DNA of 64,000 nucleotides from Acutalibacteraceae bacterium (GTDB lineage Bacteria; Bacillota; Clostridia; Oscillospirales; Acutalibacteraceae): positions 3,173-67,172 of the forward strand of contig JAZQIV010000176.1 in assembly GCA_045541305.1 (NCBI GenBank), written 5' to 3'. A program made the translations under genes and the position numbers. Positions 35,977-44,162 of the stretch are shown here, in pieces (position 1 is the stretch's first letter; every line of letters starts with the position of its first letter). The notes under the pieces were generated by a model that saw nothing but the letters and a program-made list of their open reading frames with translations, made no database searches and was not told the DNA's origin.

Positions 35977-36038
35977 AAATACAGGATTTTTAAAAAATCA
36001 TACAGCATACTTAAACAAATGTCGTCCGAATCCTGTAT
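35977..36038 (+). promoter_or_regulatory. Operator/promoter element, copy 2 (ATACAGGAT, ATACAGCAT 21 bp apart, plus an inverted third site)
   Basis: atacaggat at 35979-35987, atacagcat at 36000-36008, and atcctgtat at 36030-36038 (exact reverse complement of the first). It lies ~160-220 bp upstream of the aldolase gene. Confidence 0.5.
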
Positions 36039-36199
36039 ACTGAACGTGTAGTATTTTTACATTTTATGTTCAGGAACGCCCAAAAAGGCTTTCGGGTGTT
36101 TTGGCAAGACGGCTGGTTGAATGTGGTTTTACGAAAGATTCCAGATAATTCCACATAATTCCCAGAAATATTCAGTGTGAAAGAATTTGTTTGAGGTGT

Positions 36200-36967
36200 A
36201 TGATGAATAAGTATATAAACCTTGCAGAGAAGCTTGAAAAAAGGGAAAAAGTTATCGGTACTACTATGACCGTTCAGACCAGTACGATTATTCTGGAAGC
36301 GATGAATAGAGATGACTTGGATTTTGTGCTGTTTGATTGTGAGCACGGCATTTTTGATACGCAAAACGTCGTTTCCCAACTTCAAATTTGCCGCCTTATT
36401 GGTTTGCCTGCCTTTTTGCGCGCACAGGATGCAGAATATCACCTGATTGCCAAAGCGATTGATATGGGTGCTGACGGTGTCATGGTCCCTCGTACGGAGA
36501 GTTTAGAACAGTTACGCACGGCGGTTGACGCGTTACTTTTCTATCCCGATGGCAGAAAGGGTGCCGGTGGATTTGGACAATTCAGGAAAGGAGAACAATA
36601 CAACGATTTTTCAAAAACGCGTTTTTTGTTTCCGCAAATTGAATCGCCAAAAGGTATCGAAATACTGCCTCGCATGTTGGAGAAATACGGTAAGTACATA
36701 AGTGCGGTTATGATCGGTCCCTACGATCTTTCGATCATGGTGGGGACACCGCGCGATATCAAGAGCCCTGAAATGATATCTGCAATACAAAAAATCTTCG
36801 ACATTAGCAACTCTTATGGTAAATCCTGTGGTATTTTTTGCGATGATGAGGTTTTGGCGCAAAAATATCGCGATATGGGATGCAATGTTCTTTGGACGGG
36901 TTGCGACAAAGATTTCTTTATGAGAGGTTTTAATCAAGAAATGGATGTCCTATCCGATATAAGATAA
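36200..36967 (+). CDS. HpcH/HpaI-family 2-keto-3-deoxy-sugar-acid aldolase
   Basis: FVLFDCEHG and DGVMVPRTES motifs in a TIM-barrel aldolase. The start is ATG 36200 or 36203, after GAGG. Confidence 0.8.
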   Translation: MMNKYINLAEKLEKREKVIGTTMTVQTSTIILEAMNRDDLDFVLFDCEHGIFDTQNVVSQLQICRLIGLPAFLRAQDAEYHLIAKAIDMGADGVMVPRTESLEQLRTAVDALLFYPDGRKGAGGFGQFRKGEQYNDFSKTRFLFPQIESPKGIEILPRMLEKYGKYISAVMIGPYDLSIMVGTPRDIKSPEMISAIQKIFDISNSYGKSCGIFCDDEVLAQKYRDMGCNVLWTGCDKDFFMRGFNQEMDVLSDIR

Positions 36968-37004
36968 TACGTTTTGATGATATCTTCGGAAAGCGAGGAC
37001 GGTA

Positions 37005-37961
37005 ATGAAAATTGTTATATTAGACTATCCGACTGAAAACCCGGGCGAAATCGATTGGAGTGGGTTCGACCGGTATGGTGAGGTCGTTCGGTATGAATAC
37101 GATAAAGATGCCGATGTTGGGGAAAGAATCGGCGATGCGGATATTGCCTTTTTAAACAAGAGCAAAGTGACACGGGCCGATCTTGAAAAATGTCCCAACC
37201 TTAAATTTATCTCCATCATTGCTACCGGATATAATGCAGTCGATATTAAAGCTGCTCGAGAAATGGGAATCTCTGTTTCTAACGTCCCCTCGTACGGAAC
37301 GGAAGCTATCGGACAACACGCTATTGCACTGTTAATGGAGATTACCAACCGTGTTGCTCACCATGATGCCGAGGTGCGCAAAGGCCGAAAACGAGATGAG
37401 GGTGACTGGTGTTTTTGGGATTATCCCAGCATTGAGTTGGAAAACAAAACAATGGGGATTATCGGACTTGGAAGAATTGGACAGATAACTTCAAGGGTCG
37501 CCCAAGCCTTTGGGATGAAGGTGTTAGCATACGATTCGTTTCAAAACGAGAGCCTGGTAAACGAAAACTGTCAATATACGGATTTGGATACATTGTTTGA
37601 AAAGTCTGATGTCATAGCTCTTCATTGCCCACTGTTCCCCGAAACAGAGAATCTTATCAACAAGGATACAATCGCTAAAATGAAGGATGGCGTTATCCTT
37701 ATTAATAACAGCCGAGGCGCACTCATTGTTGAACAAGACCTTGCGGATGCGTTAAATAGAGGTAAAGTGTATGCTGCGGGGCTGGATGCCGTGCGAAAAG
37801 AACCGATTGACATGGATAACCCGCTTCTCAAAGCGAAAAACTGCTTTATCACGCCACATATCAGCTGGGCAGCCTTGGAGTGCAGACAAAGACTTATCTC
37901 ATATTCCTTGGAAAATCTAAAACAATATCTGGCCGGTACACCGACGAACATCGTGAATTGA
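37005..37961 (+). CDS. D-isomer-specific 2-hydroxyacid dehydrogenase (glycerate/hydroxypyruvate reductase-like)
   Basis: NAD motif GIIGLGRIGQ, the NNSRGALIVEQDL segment, and the catalytic His in TPHISWA. Confidence 0.85.
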   Translation: MKIVILDYPTENPGEIDWSGFDRYGEVVRYEYDKDADVGERIGDADIAFLNKSKVTRADLEKCPNLKFISIIATGYNAVDIKAAREMGISVSNVPSYGTEAIGQHAIALLMEITNRVAHHDAEVRKGRKRDEGDWCFWDYPSIELENKTMGIIGLGRIGQITSRVAQAFGMKVLAYDSFQNESLVNENCQYTDLDTLFEKSDVIALHCPLFPETENLINKDTIAKMKDGVILINNSRGALIVEQDLADALNRGKVYAAGLDAVRKEPIDMDNPLLKAKNCFITPHISWAALECRQRLISYSLENLKQYLAGTPTNIVN

Positions 37962-38092
37962 TTCGCCAGGATTAGTGCCGTCTTGAAAAAGTTTGCAAAA
38001 CAGAATGTTTATGATAAAGGGGAGTGTAAAATTAAAAGGTTACATGATACGCCAGTTTACTATGCGATTATACAAAAAAGGAGATTGATCTT

Positions 38093-39634
38093 ATGAAAAT
38101 GCGGTCATTATTGGCGGTCTTGGTGGTGCTGTGTCTGCTGCTGTCTTTAACGGCTTGCGGTAAGCCCAATACGCCCGATCCTGTGACTACAACCACCACC
38201 GGTTCCCAGGCAGACGGAAGTGATCAGCAAACTACTTCAACCGACGCAGACGCATCCGGGGACGAAGGAACCGGCAGCACCAAAGCGACAAGCGGTACTG
38301 GGAAAACCAGTGCTTCGGGTTCAGGCGTTACCAAAACGACGAGCACCACAAAAACGCAAACAGGCGCATCCGTCGGGGCTGGTTTTATCGGTACAAGTAT
38401 CAAGCTGCGTCCCGGTACAAAGGGTGCGGAAGAAGGCCTGGATTTTGGTGGAAAAACCTTTACGATGGCAGGCCCCGACAGTGAAACCTATCGCCAGATG
38501 CTTGCGGAATTCGGAAAAGAATTTAACTGTAAGGTTGAAGTTACTCGATATGATAACGCCAACTATACGCAAGCGGTTGCGGCGGCAATGGTAGCCGGAA
38601 AGCCGTTTGATATTTTGATGATGAACAGCCAAACGACTTATCCCAGCTTGGTGATTGCAAACTGTGCTGTTCCGTTACAGAAGTATCTTACGACTGCCGA
38701 TATCTGGGATGGCTCCAATCCGAAAAAAGGTGGCTTTCTGACCAGCTCTATGGAAGGGTTATCCTGGAAAGGTAACATTTACGGTGTTGCCGGTGCCGGT
38801 TTGTCGTCGCCGACTGTTATGTACTACAATAAAAAGGTATTCAAAGATGAACGATTGACAGACCCTTATGAGCTGTGGGAAAAGGGCAAATGGACTTGGG
38901 ATAAGTTCCAAGAATACGGTGCTCTTTTGACTGATCCTTCCAAAGACTTCTATATGTGCGGAAATCTTATGCAACGTATTTCGTTCTCTGTACCTGCCAC
39001 TTTCGACACGGACTACATTAAAGTCGAAAATGGATATATGAAAGAGAACTTATCCGACACAAAGCTCTATAATGCATTAAACCTGTTGCAAAAAATGTCC
39101 AGAGGTACTACGCAAATTATCCATCCGACCGCCAGTATGGATGCGGCTTTGATGAACGGTAAAACGGCGTGTATCATTTACAGTTCTTCTGCATGGCAAC
39201 CGCTGTACAACCAGGCAAAAGAGTCGAATGCATTTGCGAAGGATGTAAACAATTTAGGTGTTGTTCCCATGCCGTCCGTTAAGGAAAACTCCAATAAATA
39301 TAAGGGTATCATTTGGAGCTGGATGGGTTACTGTGCCGGTAACGGAACCGAAGAACCTCTTGCGGCAATTGCATTGGCGAAATTCGATAGTACGCACAAC
39401 CTTCTGGAAATCGACCAAAAATCTATGCCGGATAAGGTTAGACAAATGTTCTATAACATCGTTGGCGAGGATGATCTTTACGCACCGTACTGGGGTTTAA
39501 AATCGTCTTTTGGCAGTGTACAAGACGTGCAAGCCAATATTGTCAAACAGGTTGTCAGCGGAAAGAACATCGCCCAGGTCCTTTCGGCATATAAAAAATC
39601 TTTGCAAAACATCATCGACGACGCAACGAAATAA
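38093..39634 (+). CDS. Extracellular sugar-binding lipoprotein (family-1 SBP) with a long Thr/Ser/Gly tether
   Basis: Lipobox LSLTAC, a ~90-aa T/S-rich linker, and an SBP-like body. AAAGGAG ribosome-binding site. Confidence 0.85.
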   Translation: MKMRSLLAVLVVLCLLLSLTACGKPNTPDPVTTTTTGSQADGSDQQTTSTDADASGDEGTGSTKATSGTGKTSASGSGVTKTTSTTKTQTGASVGAGFIGTSIKLRPGTKGAEEGLDFGGKTFTMAGPDSETYRQMLAEFGKEFNCKVEVTRYDNANYTQAVAAAMVAGKPFDILMMNSQTTYPSLVIANCAVPLQKYLTTADIWDGSNPKKGGFLTSSMEGLSWKGNIYGVAGAGLSSPTVMYYNKKVFKDERLTDPYELWEKGKWTWDKFQEYGALLTDPSKDFYMCGNLMQRISFSVPATFDTDYIKVENGYMKENLSDTKLYNALNLLQKMSRGTTQIIHPTASMDAALMNGKTACIIYSSSAWQPLYNQAKESNAFAKDVNNLGVVPMPSVKENSNKYKGIIWSWMGYCAGNGTEEPLAAIALAKFDSTHNLLEIDQKSMPDKVRQMFYNIVGEDDLYAPYWGLKSSFGSVQDVQANIVKQVVSGKNIAQVLSAYKKSLQNIIDDATK

Positions 39635-39666
39635 GTGTCAAGATGAGTATGAAAGGAGCAACTACT

Positions 39667-41214
39667 ATGAAAATAAGCACTCGCAAATTGTTATCGTTGA
39701 TCTTGGCAGTGGCACTTGTAGTGGGCATTCCCTTTTTTCACCTGGATATGGATGTGTTAGCGGATAGCGGAACCATAAACCTTTTTGGTGCTGACGGTTT
39801 GTTGACTACCAAAACCGCGTGGACGACCGGCGGTGTCGTCGACCAGACCGCAGGACATGATGGCGGAGCCTGTATTAAACTAACACAAAGTCAGTATATC
39901 CAGTACAAGAATGCTCTGCTTTCCCAAATGACGGTAGGGCAACCGTATGAGCTGAGCTTTTGGTATAAAACCGACAATATTCCCACCGCTGTAAACCATC
40001 TTTTTAAATTGTCCTTTATGCAAACATCCAGCAGTATCGGTGGTGTGATTGCGAAAGATTCCGAACTTCCGCCTACAAACGGCGCGTGGAAAAAAATGAC
40101 GCTGTACGTTACCAACAATATCGAAACAACGGAAAACGGATATTTTCGGTTGCAGGCGCCGGGTGCCAGCGGAACCTACTATGTAGACGATATCAGTCTT
40201 GTACCCACGAATGCTGTTACATCCACTAATCTGGTGATGAACGGTGACTTTGAATTTGGTGCCGATTATTTTTCGTACTGGCTGGGCGGCAGCACGGCGG
40301 TACAAGCGAGTCAAGAAGCGGGTCGCGGCTGGGTAATGACACATACCGGCAGTTACTTAAAATACAACAGAGCGTTGCTGGGCCTGATGCAAGCAGGGGT
40401 AACGTATGAATTGAGCTTTGATTATAAGCTGAATAAAGACACGAAATTTGCATTGAAACATGGTAGCAGTTGTGTTGCACTGAGCGATACGACTTTGGAG
40501 GCAACCGATGCGTGGCGGCATGTGTCCTATGATGTTGCCATTGCGAACGCTATGACTACGAATTCTACTTCGGGTAATTTAACGTTTCAACTTGCTGCAG
40601 GGACCACCATGTCCCTCGACAATCTCGTCTTGAAAAAGAAAGTGGCGGAGGTTATACCGCCGGCACCGACAGTAGGTGAGGTTTCGGGTGCCACGCTGTA
40701 TATTGCCGATGAGAACAACACCGCCTATCCCGACGGGACTCTCGCCATTAAGACGGATGCGCCGGCAGTTGCTGTTCCGGAAGGATGTTCCGTGGTAGAA
40801 TACGGGACCATTGCCCATCCGTATCAGTTGTTGAACGGCACAGATTTGACTTTGGGAACGGAAAACCTCGGAAGTCCGGCTCGCGCCAAAGGGGAAGTTC
40901 TCACAGTGGGTTCCTACTACGCCGTGTTCCCCAATTCGACGAGTATCAGCGGCGGCGTGAAGATTGCCGTGCGGTCGTATATCAAGTACAAGGATGCGGA
41001 GAACGTCGAGCAGACGATTTATTCCGAGGAGACGTATGTCAAATCTACCAATCAAATCAAACGGGCAATGGCAAAAGATTTGATTAATAATTATTCTAAT
41101 GTAACGTATGATTCGGCGGATATTAGCGGAGGCACAGTGGATATCGCTGCTGCTGATATCGCAAAGGTGTGGGCGTTTGTCAAACGAAATCGTGCATATT
41201 TCGATAGTTTGTAA
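39667..41214 (+). CDS. Secreted protein with two CBM4/9/22-like (CenC-type) modules and a C-terminal domain shared with the 1456 gene
   Basis: Start moved to ATG 39667 (AAAGGAG upstream). Signal peptide MKISTRKLLSLILAVALVV. CBM-type motifs GQPYELSFWYKT and GVTYELSFDYKL with YYVDDISLV / SLDNLVLKK ends. C-terminus PEGCSVVEYGTIAHP...GVKIAVRSYIKY. Confidence 0.75.
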   Translation: MKISTRKLLSLILAVALVVGIPFFHLDMDVLADSGTINLFGADGLLTTKTAWTTGGVVDQTAGHDGGACIKLTQSQYIQYKNALLSQMTVGQPYELSFWYKTDNIPTAVNHLFKLSFMQTSSSIGGVIAKDSELPPTNGAWKKMTLYVTNNIETTENGYFRLQAPGASGTYYVDDISLVPTNAVTSTNLVMNGDFEFGADYFSYWLGGSTAVQASQEAGRGWVMTHTGSYLKYNRALLGLMQAGVTYELSFDYKLNKDTKFALKHGSSCVALSDTTLEATDAWRHVSYDVAIANAMTTNSTSGNLTFQLAAGTTMSLDNLVLKKKVAEVIPPAPTVGEVSGATLYIADENNTAYPDGTLAIKTDAPAVAVPEGCSVVEYGTIAHPYQLLNGTDLTLGTENLGSPARAKGEVLTVGSYYAVFPNSTSISGGVKIAVRSYIKYKDAENVEQTIYSEETYVKSTNQIKRAMAKDLINNYSNVTYDSADISGGTVDIAAADIAKVWAFVKRNRAYFDSL

Positions 41215-41233
41215 TGGGATAGGAGTGGTTTGC

Positions 41234-41362
41234 TTGAAAAAAATATATATTCAACCGGATATCATCATTACCTCATTTAGCAGTCGGGAAATGATTGCCA
41301 ACAATATTTTTTCCGGTGTTATTTACAATTCCGAAGATTTGGTAGACGATGATGCGGAATGA
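41234..41362 (+). CDS. 42-codon mini-ORF (MKKIYIQPDIIITSFSSREMIANNIFSGVIYNSEDLVDDDAE with the TTG start read as M), paralog of 3363-3494
   Basis: TTG start 8 nt after AGGAG (41221-41225). It sits in the same position (after the CBM protein, before the T-rich lipoprotein) and has the same terminal motifs as the first mini-ORF. Confidence 0.5.
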   Translation: MKKIYIQPDIIITSFSSREMIANNIFSGVIYNSEDLVDDDAE

Positions 41363-41422
41363 TCGCCGGCAGATGTGCCGTGCCAAACAGTTACTGTCTC
41401 TTATAAAAAAGGAGGGACCTTT

Positions 41423-41662
41423 TTGAAGGGAATAGTATTCGGTATGTTACTGTTAGCCTGCCTTACGTTGGCAGGCTGTGCGGGCGGTGACCGTGATTCG
41501 TCCGCCATTACCACGACCACAGCAGCTACATCTCAGGATTTGACCAGCGGCAAGACATCAAATCAGAAGTCTACTGAAACAGGAACCGGTACGACCTCTT
41601 CTGTGGTGATGGAAAATATTTTTTCTTCAAAACCGGATGGCTTTGCCGGAGGACTTTACTGA
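41423..41662 (+). CDS. Small Thr/Ser-rich lipoprotein
   Basis: TTG start after AAGGAGGG. Lipobox LTLAGC, then low-complexity T/S sequence. Confidence 0.6.
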   Translation: MKGIVFGMLLLACLTLAGCAGGDRDSSAITTTTAATSQDLTSGKTSNQKSTETGTGTTSSVVMENIFSSKPDGFAGGLY

Positions 41663-41723
41663 TAAGTCCTTCAAACAGAAACAACTCAGATCCTCTTGGT
41701 TAAGCGAAAATTCAACACAAACT

Positions 41724-41770
41724 GTAATCCGCTTTGTGAGAATTACATCAATTCTTGCAAAGCGGATTAC
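41724..41770 (+). promoter_or_regulatory. Long near-perfect hairpin/palindrome directly upstream of the RBS of the 41791 gene
   Basis: gtaatccgctttg (41724-41736) pairs with caaagcggattac (41758-41770). An inner agaatt/aattct stem surrounds a 5-nt loop. There is no U-tract. Confidence 0.35.
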
Positions 41771-41790
41771 GGTAAAGAGGGAAGGTAATC

Positions 41791-43788
41791 ATGATGGGAA
41801 ACATTCGCAATTTACAATTTGACATTTGTCAAAACGGAAGTTTTACGTTTTGGAGTGACGAATTCCATCCGATATTGACCGGTGGCGGAGATTTTTGGAG
41901 AATGTTTCTCGATAATGGTGAAAACCGAGAAATAGGGGTGTATTCCTCTGCCCAAATTCCTACGCATGTAAAAAAAGGGAAGGATACCGTAACGATTGTT
42001 TATGACGGCGTTATCGCTGAAGATATGCAGCGGTACGATATACCGTTCACCATATATATCACAGCGGTTGACGGAGTGTTGCATTTTAGTTCAGATATTG
42101 AAAATCGTGATGATATCCGTGTGAATGAAGTGCAACTCCCTTTTATTGATTTCGATACCATATCCTCAAATACAGAGGATGAAATTTTGTATGTGCCGGA
42201 TGGGTTAGGCAGACGATACAAAAATCCGCGGAAGTTTGTGGAAACGAATTTTCACACCGAGTATATGTCTGCGGACTATAAAAACATTTGGTTTTCGGCT
42301 ACGTATCCGAGTTCTGCCTTTTCGGCAGCGGCACTGTCCATGCCCTGGATCGGCATCCAAAGCGGGGCAAATTTTATCTATGTCGGTAAACACGATGAAT
42401 TTTTCAGAATACATAATTTTTCCATTGGAACCGGACCGCGAGATTCCCAATCCAAGCTTATTACAACAATAGGTCAATATATCGCTTTGAAAAAAGGCGA
42501 AAAGCTTCACTGCGGAGATAGTGTTATCGCCGTTTTTGATGGGGACTGGCGTGATGGCTCAAGCTTTTACAAACAATGGTCCCAAAACACGTGGTATTCC
42601 GATGTTCCGCACGTTGACTGGATAAAAGACATGACCGGCTGGCAAAGAATCATTTTAAAACACCAGCACGGGGATGTTCATTTTACCTATTCTCAGTTAC
42701 CCGAAATCTACAAACACGGTCAACAATACGGAATCAATGCGCTCCTTGTTTTCGGATGGTGGAAAGGTTGCTTTGACAATCATTATCCGGAATACGAAGC
42801 CGATCCTGCTTTAGGGGGAGAAGAGGAACTCAAAAAAGCAATCGAAGAAATTCATGCTCTTGGCGGTAAGGTGATTTTGTATACCAACGGTAACCTTATC
42901 GACGTTAAGACGGATTATTATAAAGAAATTGGGCACAGAATCTGCTCAAAAGATATCGATGGTAATGACTACCGCGAACATTATCGTTTTTCCAACAACG
43001 GCACAACGTTACGAAATTTCGGGTATAAATCCTTCGCTTCCGGCTGCCACGCAACGGATGAGTGGCGAGAAAAATTAGCCCAAAACGCCAAATTGAAACT
43101 GGGGTTCGGTGCAGATGCCATTTTTTATGACCAGCTATGCGGTATGTATAAGTTGTGCTTTGACGACAGTCATCCGCATCAAAACCGAGTAGATGAAGAA
43201 CCGCATTACAGAGAGCGGAACGTAGACTATATACGAAGCTTGCTGCCGGAAGGAAAAGGAATCGGCACCGAAGGCGTAGTGGATAGAATTTCTGCAAAAA
43301 TGGATTTTATTCACGGTTGTGGGGCGGGAATGTGGTACAAATATGCGCGTGCATATAATCCCGATTATTTCCCCGATCTGTTTCGTCATACTTTCCCCGA
43401 ATGTGTGATATCCAATCGACTGATTCACGATGATCGGTGGGACTATCAGGAGCATTTGAACTATGCATTTGTGACCGGCCTCATTTTTGATGTCTCCATC
43501 TATCGGGGAAGAGCGGTGGATATATCTGCCGTACCCGATTATGGCGCACATGTCAAATATTTATTAGAGCTGAAGGATAAGTATTTCGAATTCTTCTATC
43601 TTGGTCGATATGAATCTGCCTGTGATTTGGTGCTTCCGCCAAACGTATTTGCGGCCAAATACCGGTATAAGAACCGTTTTATTGTTGCCTTGTGGAACAA
43701 CTGTGAGGAAGCTGTTGACATCAATGTTTATGGACAAAAGACGACGGTCTGTTCGAAGAGTGTGTTGGTAGTTGAGAATGATGAATGA
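41791..43788 (+). CDS. Hypothetical intracellular protein, glycoside-hydrolase-like barrel candidate
   Basis: 665-aa ORF with a GAGGGAAGG ribosome-binding site and no signal peptide. The central segment GINALLVFGWWKGCFDNHYPEY...GGKVILYTNG...DAIFYDQL suggests a (beta/alpha)8 fold. No family was assigned. Confidence 0.55.
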   Translation: MMGNIRNLQFDICQNGSFTFWSDEFHPILTGGGDFWRMFLDNGENREIGVYSSAQIPTHVKKGKDTVTIVYDGVIAEDMQRYDIPFTIYITAVDGVLHFSSDIENRDDIRVNEVQLPFIDFDTISSNTEDEILYVPDGLGRRYKNPRKFVETNFHTEYMSADYKNIWFSATYPSSAFSAAALSMPWIGIQSGANFIYVGKHDEFFRIHNFSIGTGPRDSQSKLITTIGQYIALKKGEKLHCGDSVIAVFDGDWRDGSSFYKQWSQNTWYSDVPHVDWIKDMTGWQRIILKHQHGDVHFTYSQLPEIYKHGQQYGINALLVFGWWKGCFDNHYPEYEADPALGGEEELKKAIEEIHALGGKVILYTNGNLIDVKTDYYKEIGHRICSKDIDGNDYREHYRFSNNGTTLRNFGYKSFASGCHATDEWREKLAQNAKLKLGFGADAIFYDQLCGMYKLCFDDSHPHQNRVDEEPHYRERNVDYIRSLLPEGKGIGTEGVVDRISAKMDFIHGCGAGMWYKYARAYNPDYFPDLFRHTFPECVISNRLIHDDRWDYQEHLNYAFVTGLIFDVSIYRGRAVDISAVPDYGAHVKYLLELKDKYFEFFYLGRYESACDLVLPPNVFAAKYRYKNRFIVALWNNCEEAVDINVYGQKTTVCSKSVLVVENDE

Positions 43789-44131
43789 TATTGAAATTTT
43801 AGACTATGTGGATGAAGGCTATCACAAAACGATGAATTTTGAATCGTGGCGAGTAGCGTTTCTGAACTATGCGCCGCGATTTGACGAAGCGAATTTCACT
43901 CGTATGGAACGCCATCTGTTAACAGACGAGGTGTTCGTTTTAATTCGCGGGGAAGGCACGTTGATTGTCGGAGAACACAAAACAGTGTATAAAATGGAAA
44001 CGGGAAAGATCTATAATATCAGAAAAGGCGTTTGGCATCAGATATTTGTGAGCAGGGATGCGAAAGTTTTGATCGTAGAAAATCATAATACCGGACCTGA
44101 AAATACGGAATATATGAGTGTGCCTGTTTGA
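43778..44131 (+). CDS. Small cupin-like protein
   Basis: ~117 aa. Its start overlaps the upstream stop by ~11 nt. The beta-rich pattern EVFVLIRGEGTLIVGE...GVWHQI suggests a cupin fold. Confidence 0.5.
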   Translation: MMNDIEILDYVDEGYHKTMNFESWRVAFLNYAPRFDEANFTRMERHLLTDEVFVLIRGEGTLIVGEHKTVYKMETGKIYNIRKGVWHQIFVSRDAKVLIVENHNTGPENTEYMSVPV

Positions 44132-44162
44132 GAGGATTATCTTGTAGTAGGGGATCAAGCGT

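Noticed and set aside
21780-38400. Thr/Ser/Gly-rich stretches in the lipoproteins (around 21800-21990, 38150-38390, 3590-3900 and 41500-41610), considered as possible DNA tandem repeats or contingency loci.
   Set aside because: They are low-complexity at the protein level, but the codons vary and there is no exact nucleotide periodicity. They are interpreted as flexible wall-spanning linkers.
3944-41785. Recurrent (g)gtaa(a)g.ggga strings before several start codons (3946, 7331, 8394, 23175, 41767), considered as a shared regulatory motif.
   Set aside because: They coincide with the Shine-Dalgarno region and are most simply an extended RBS consensus. The matches are too short and degenerate to claim a distinct element without statistics.
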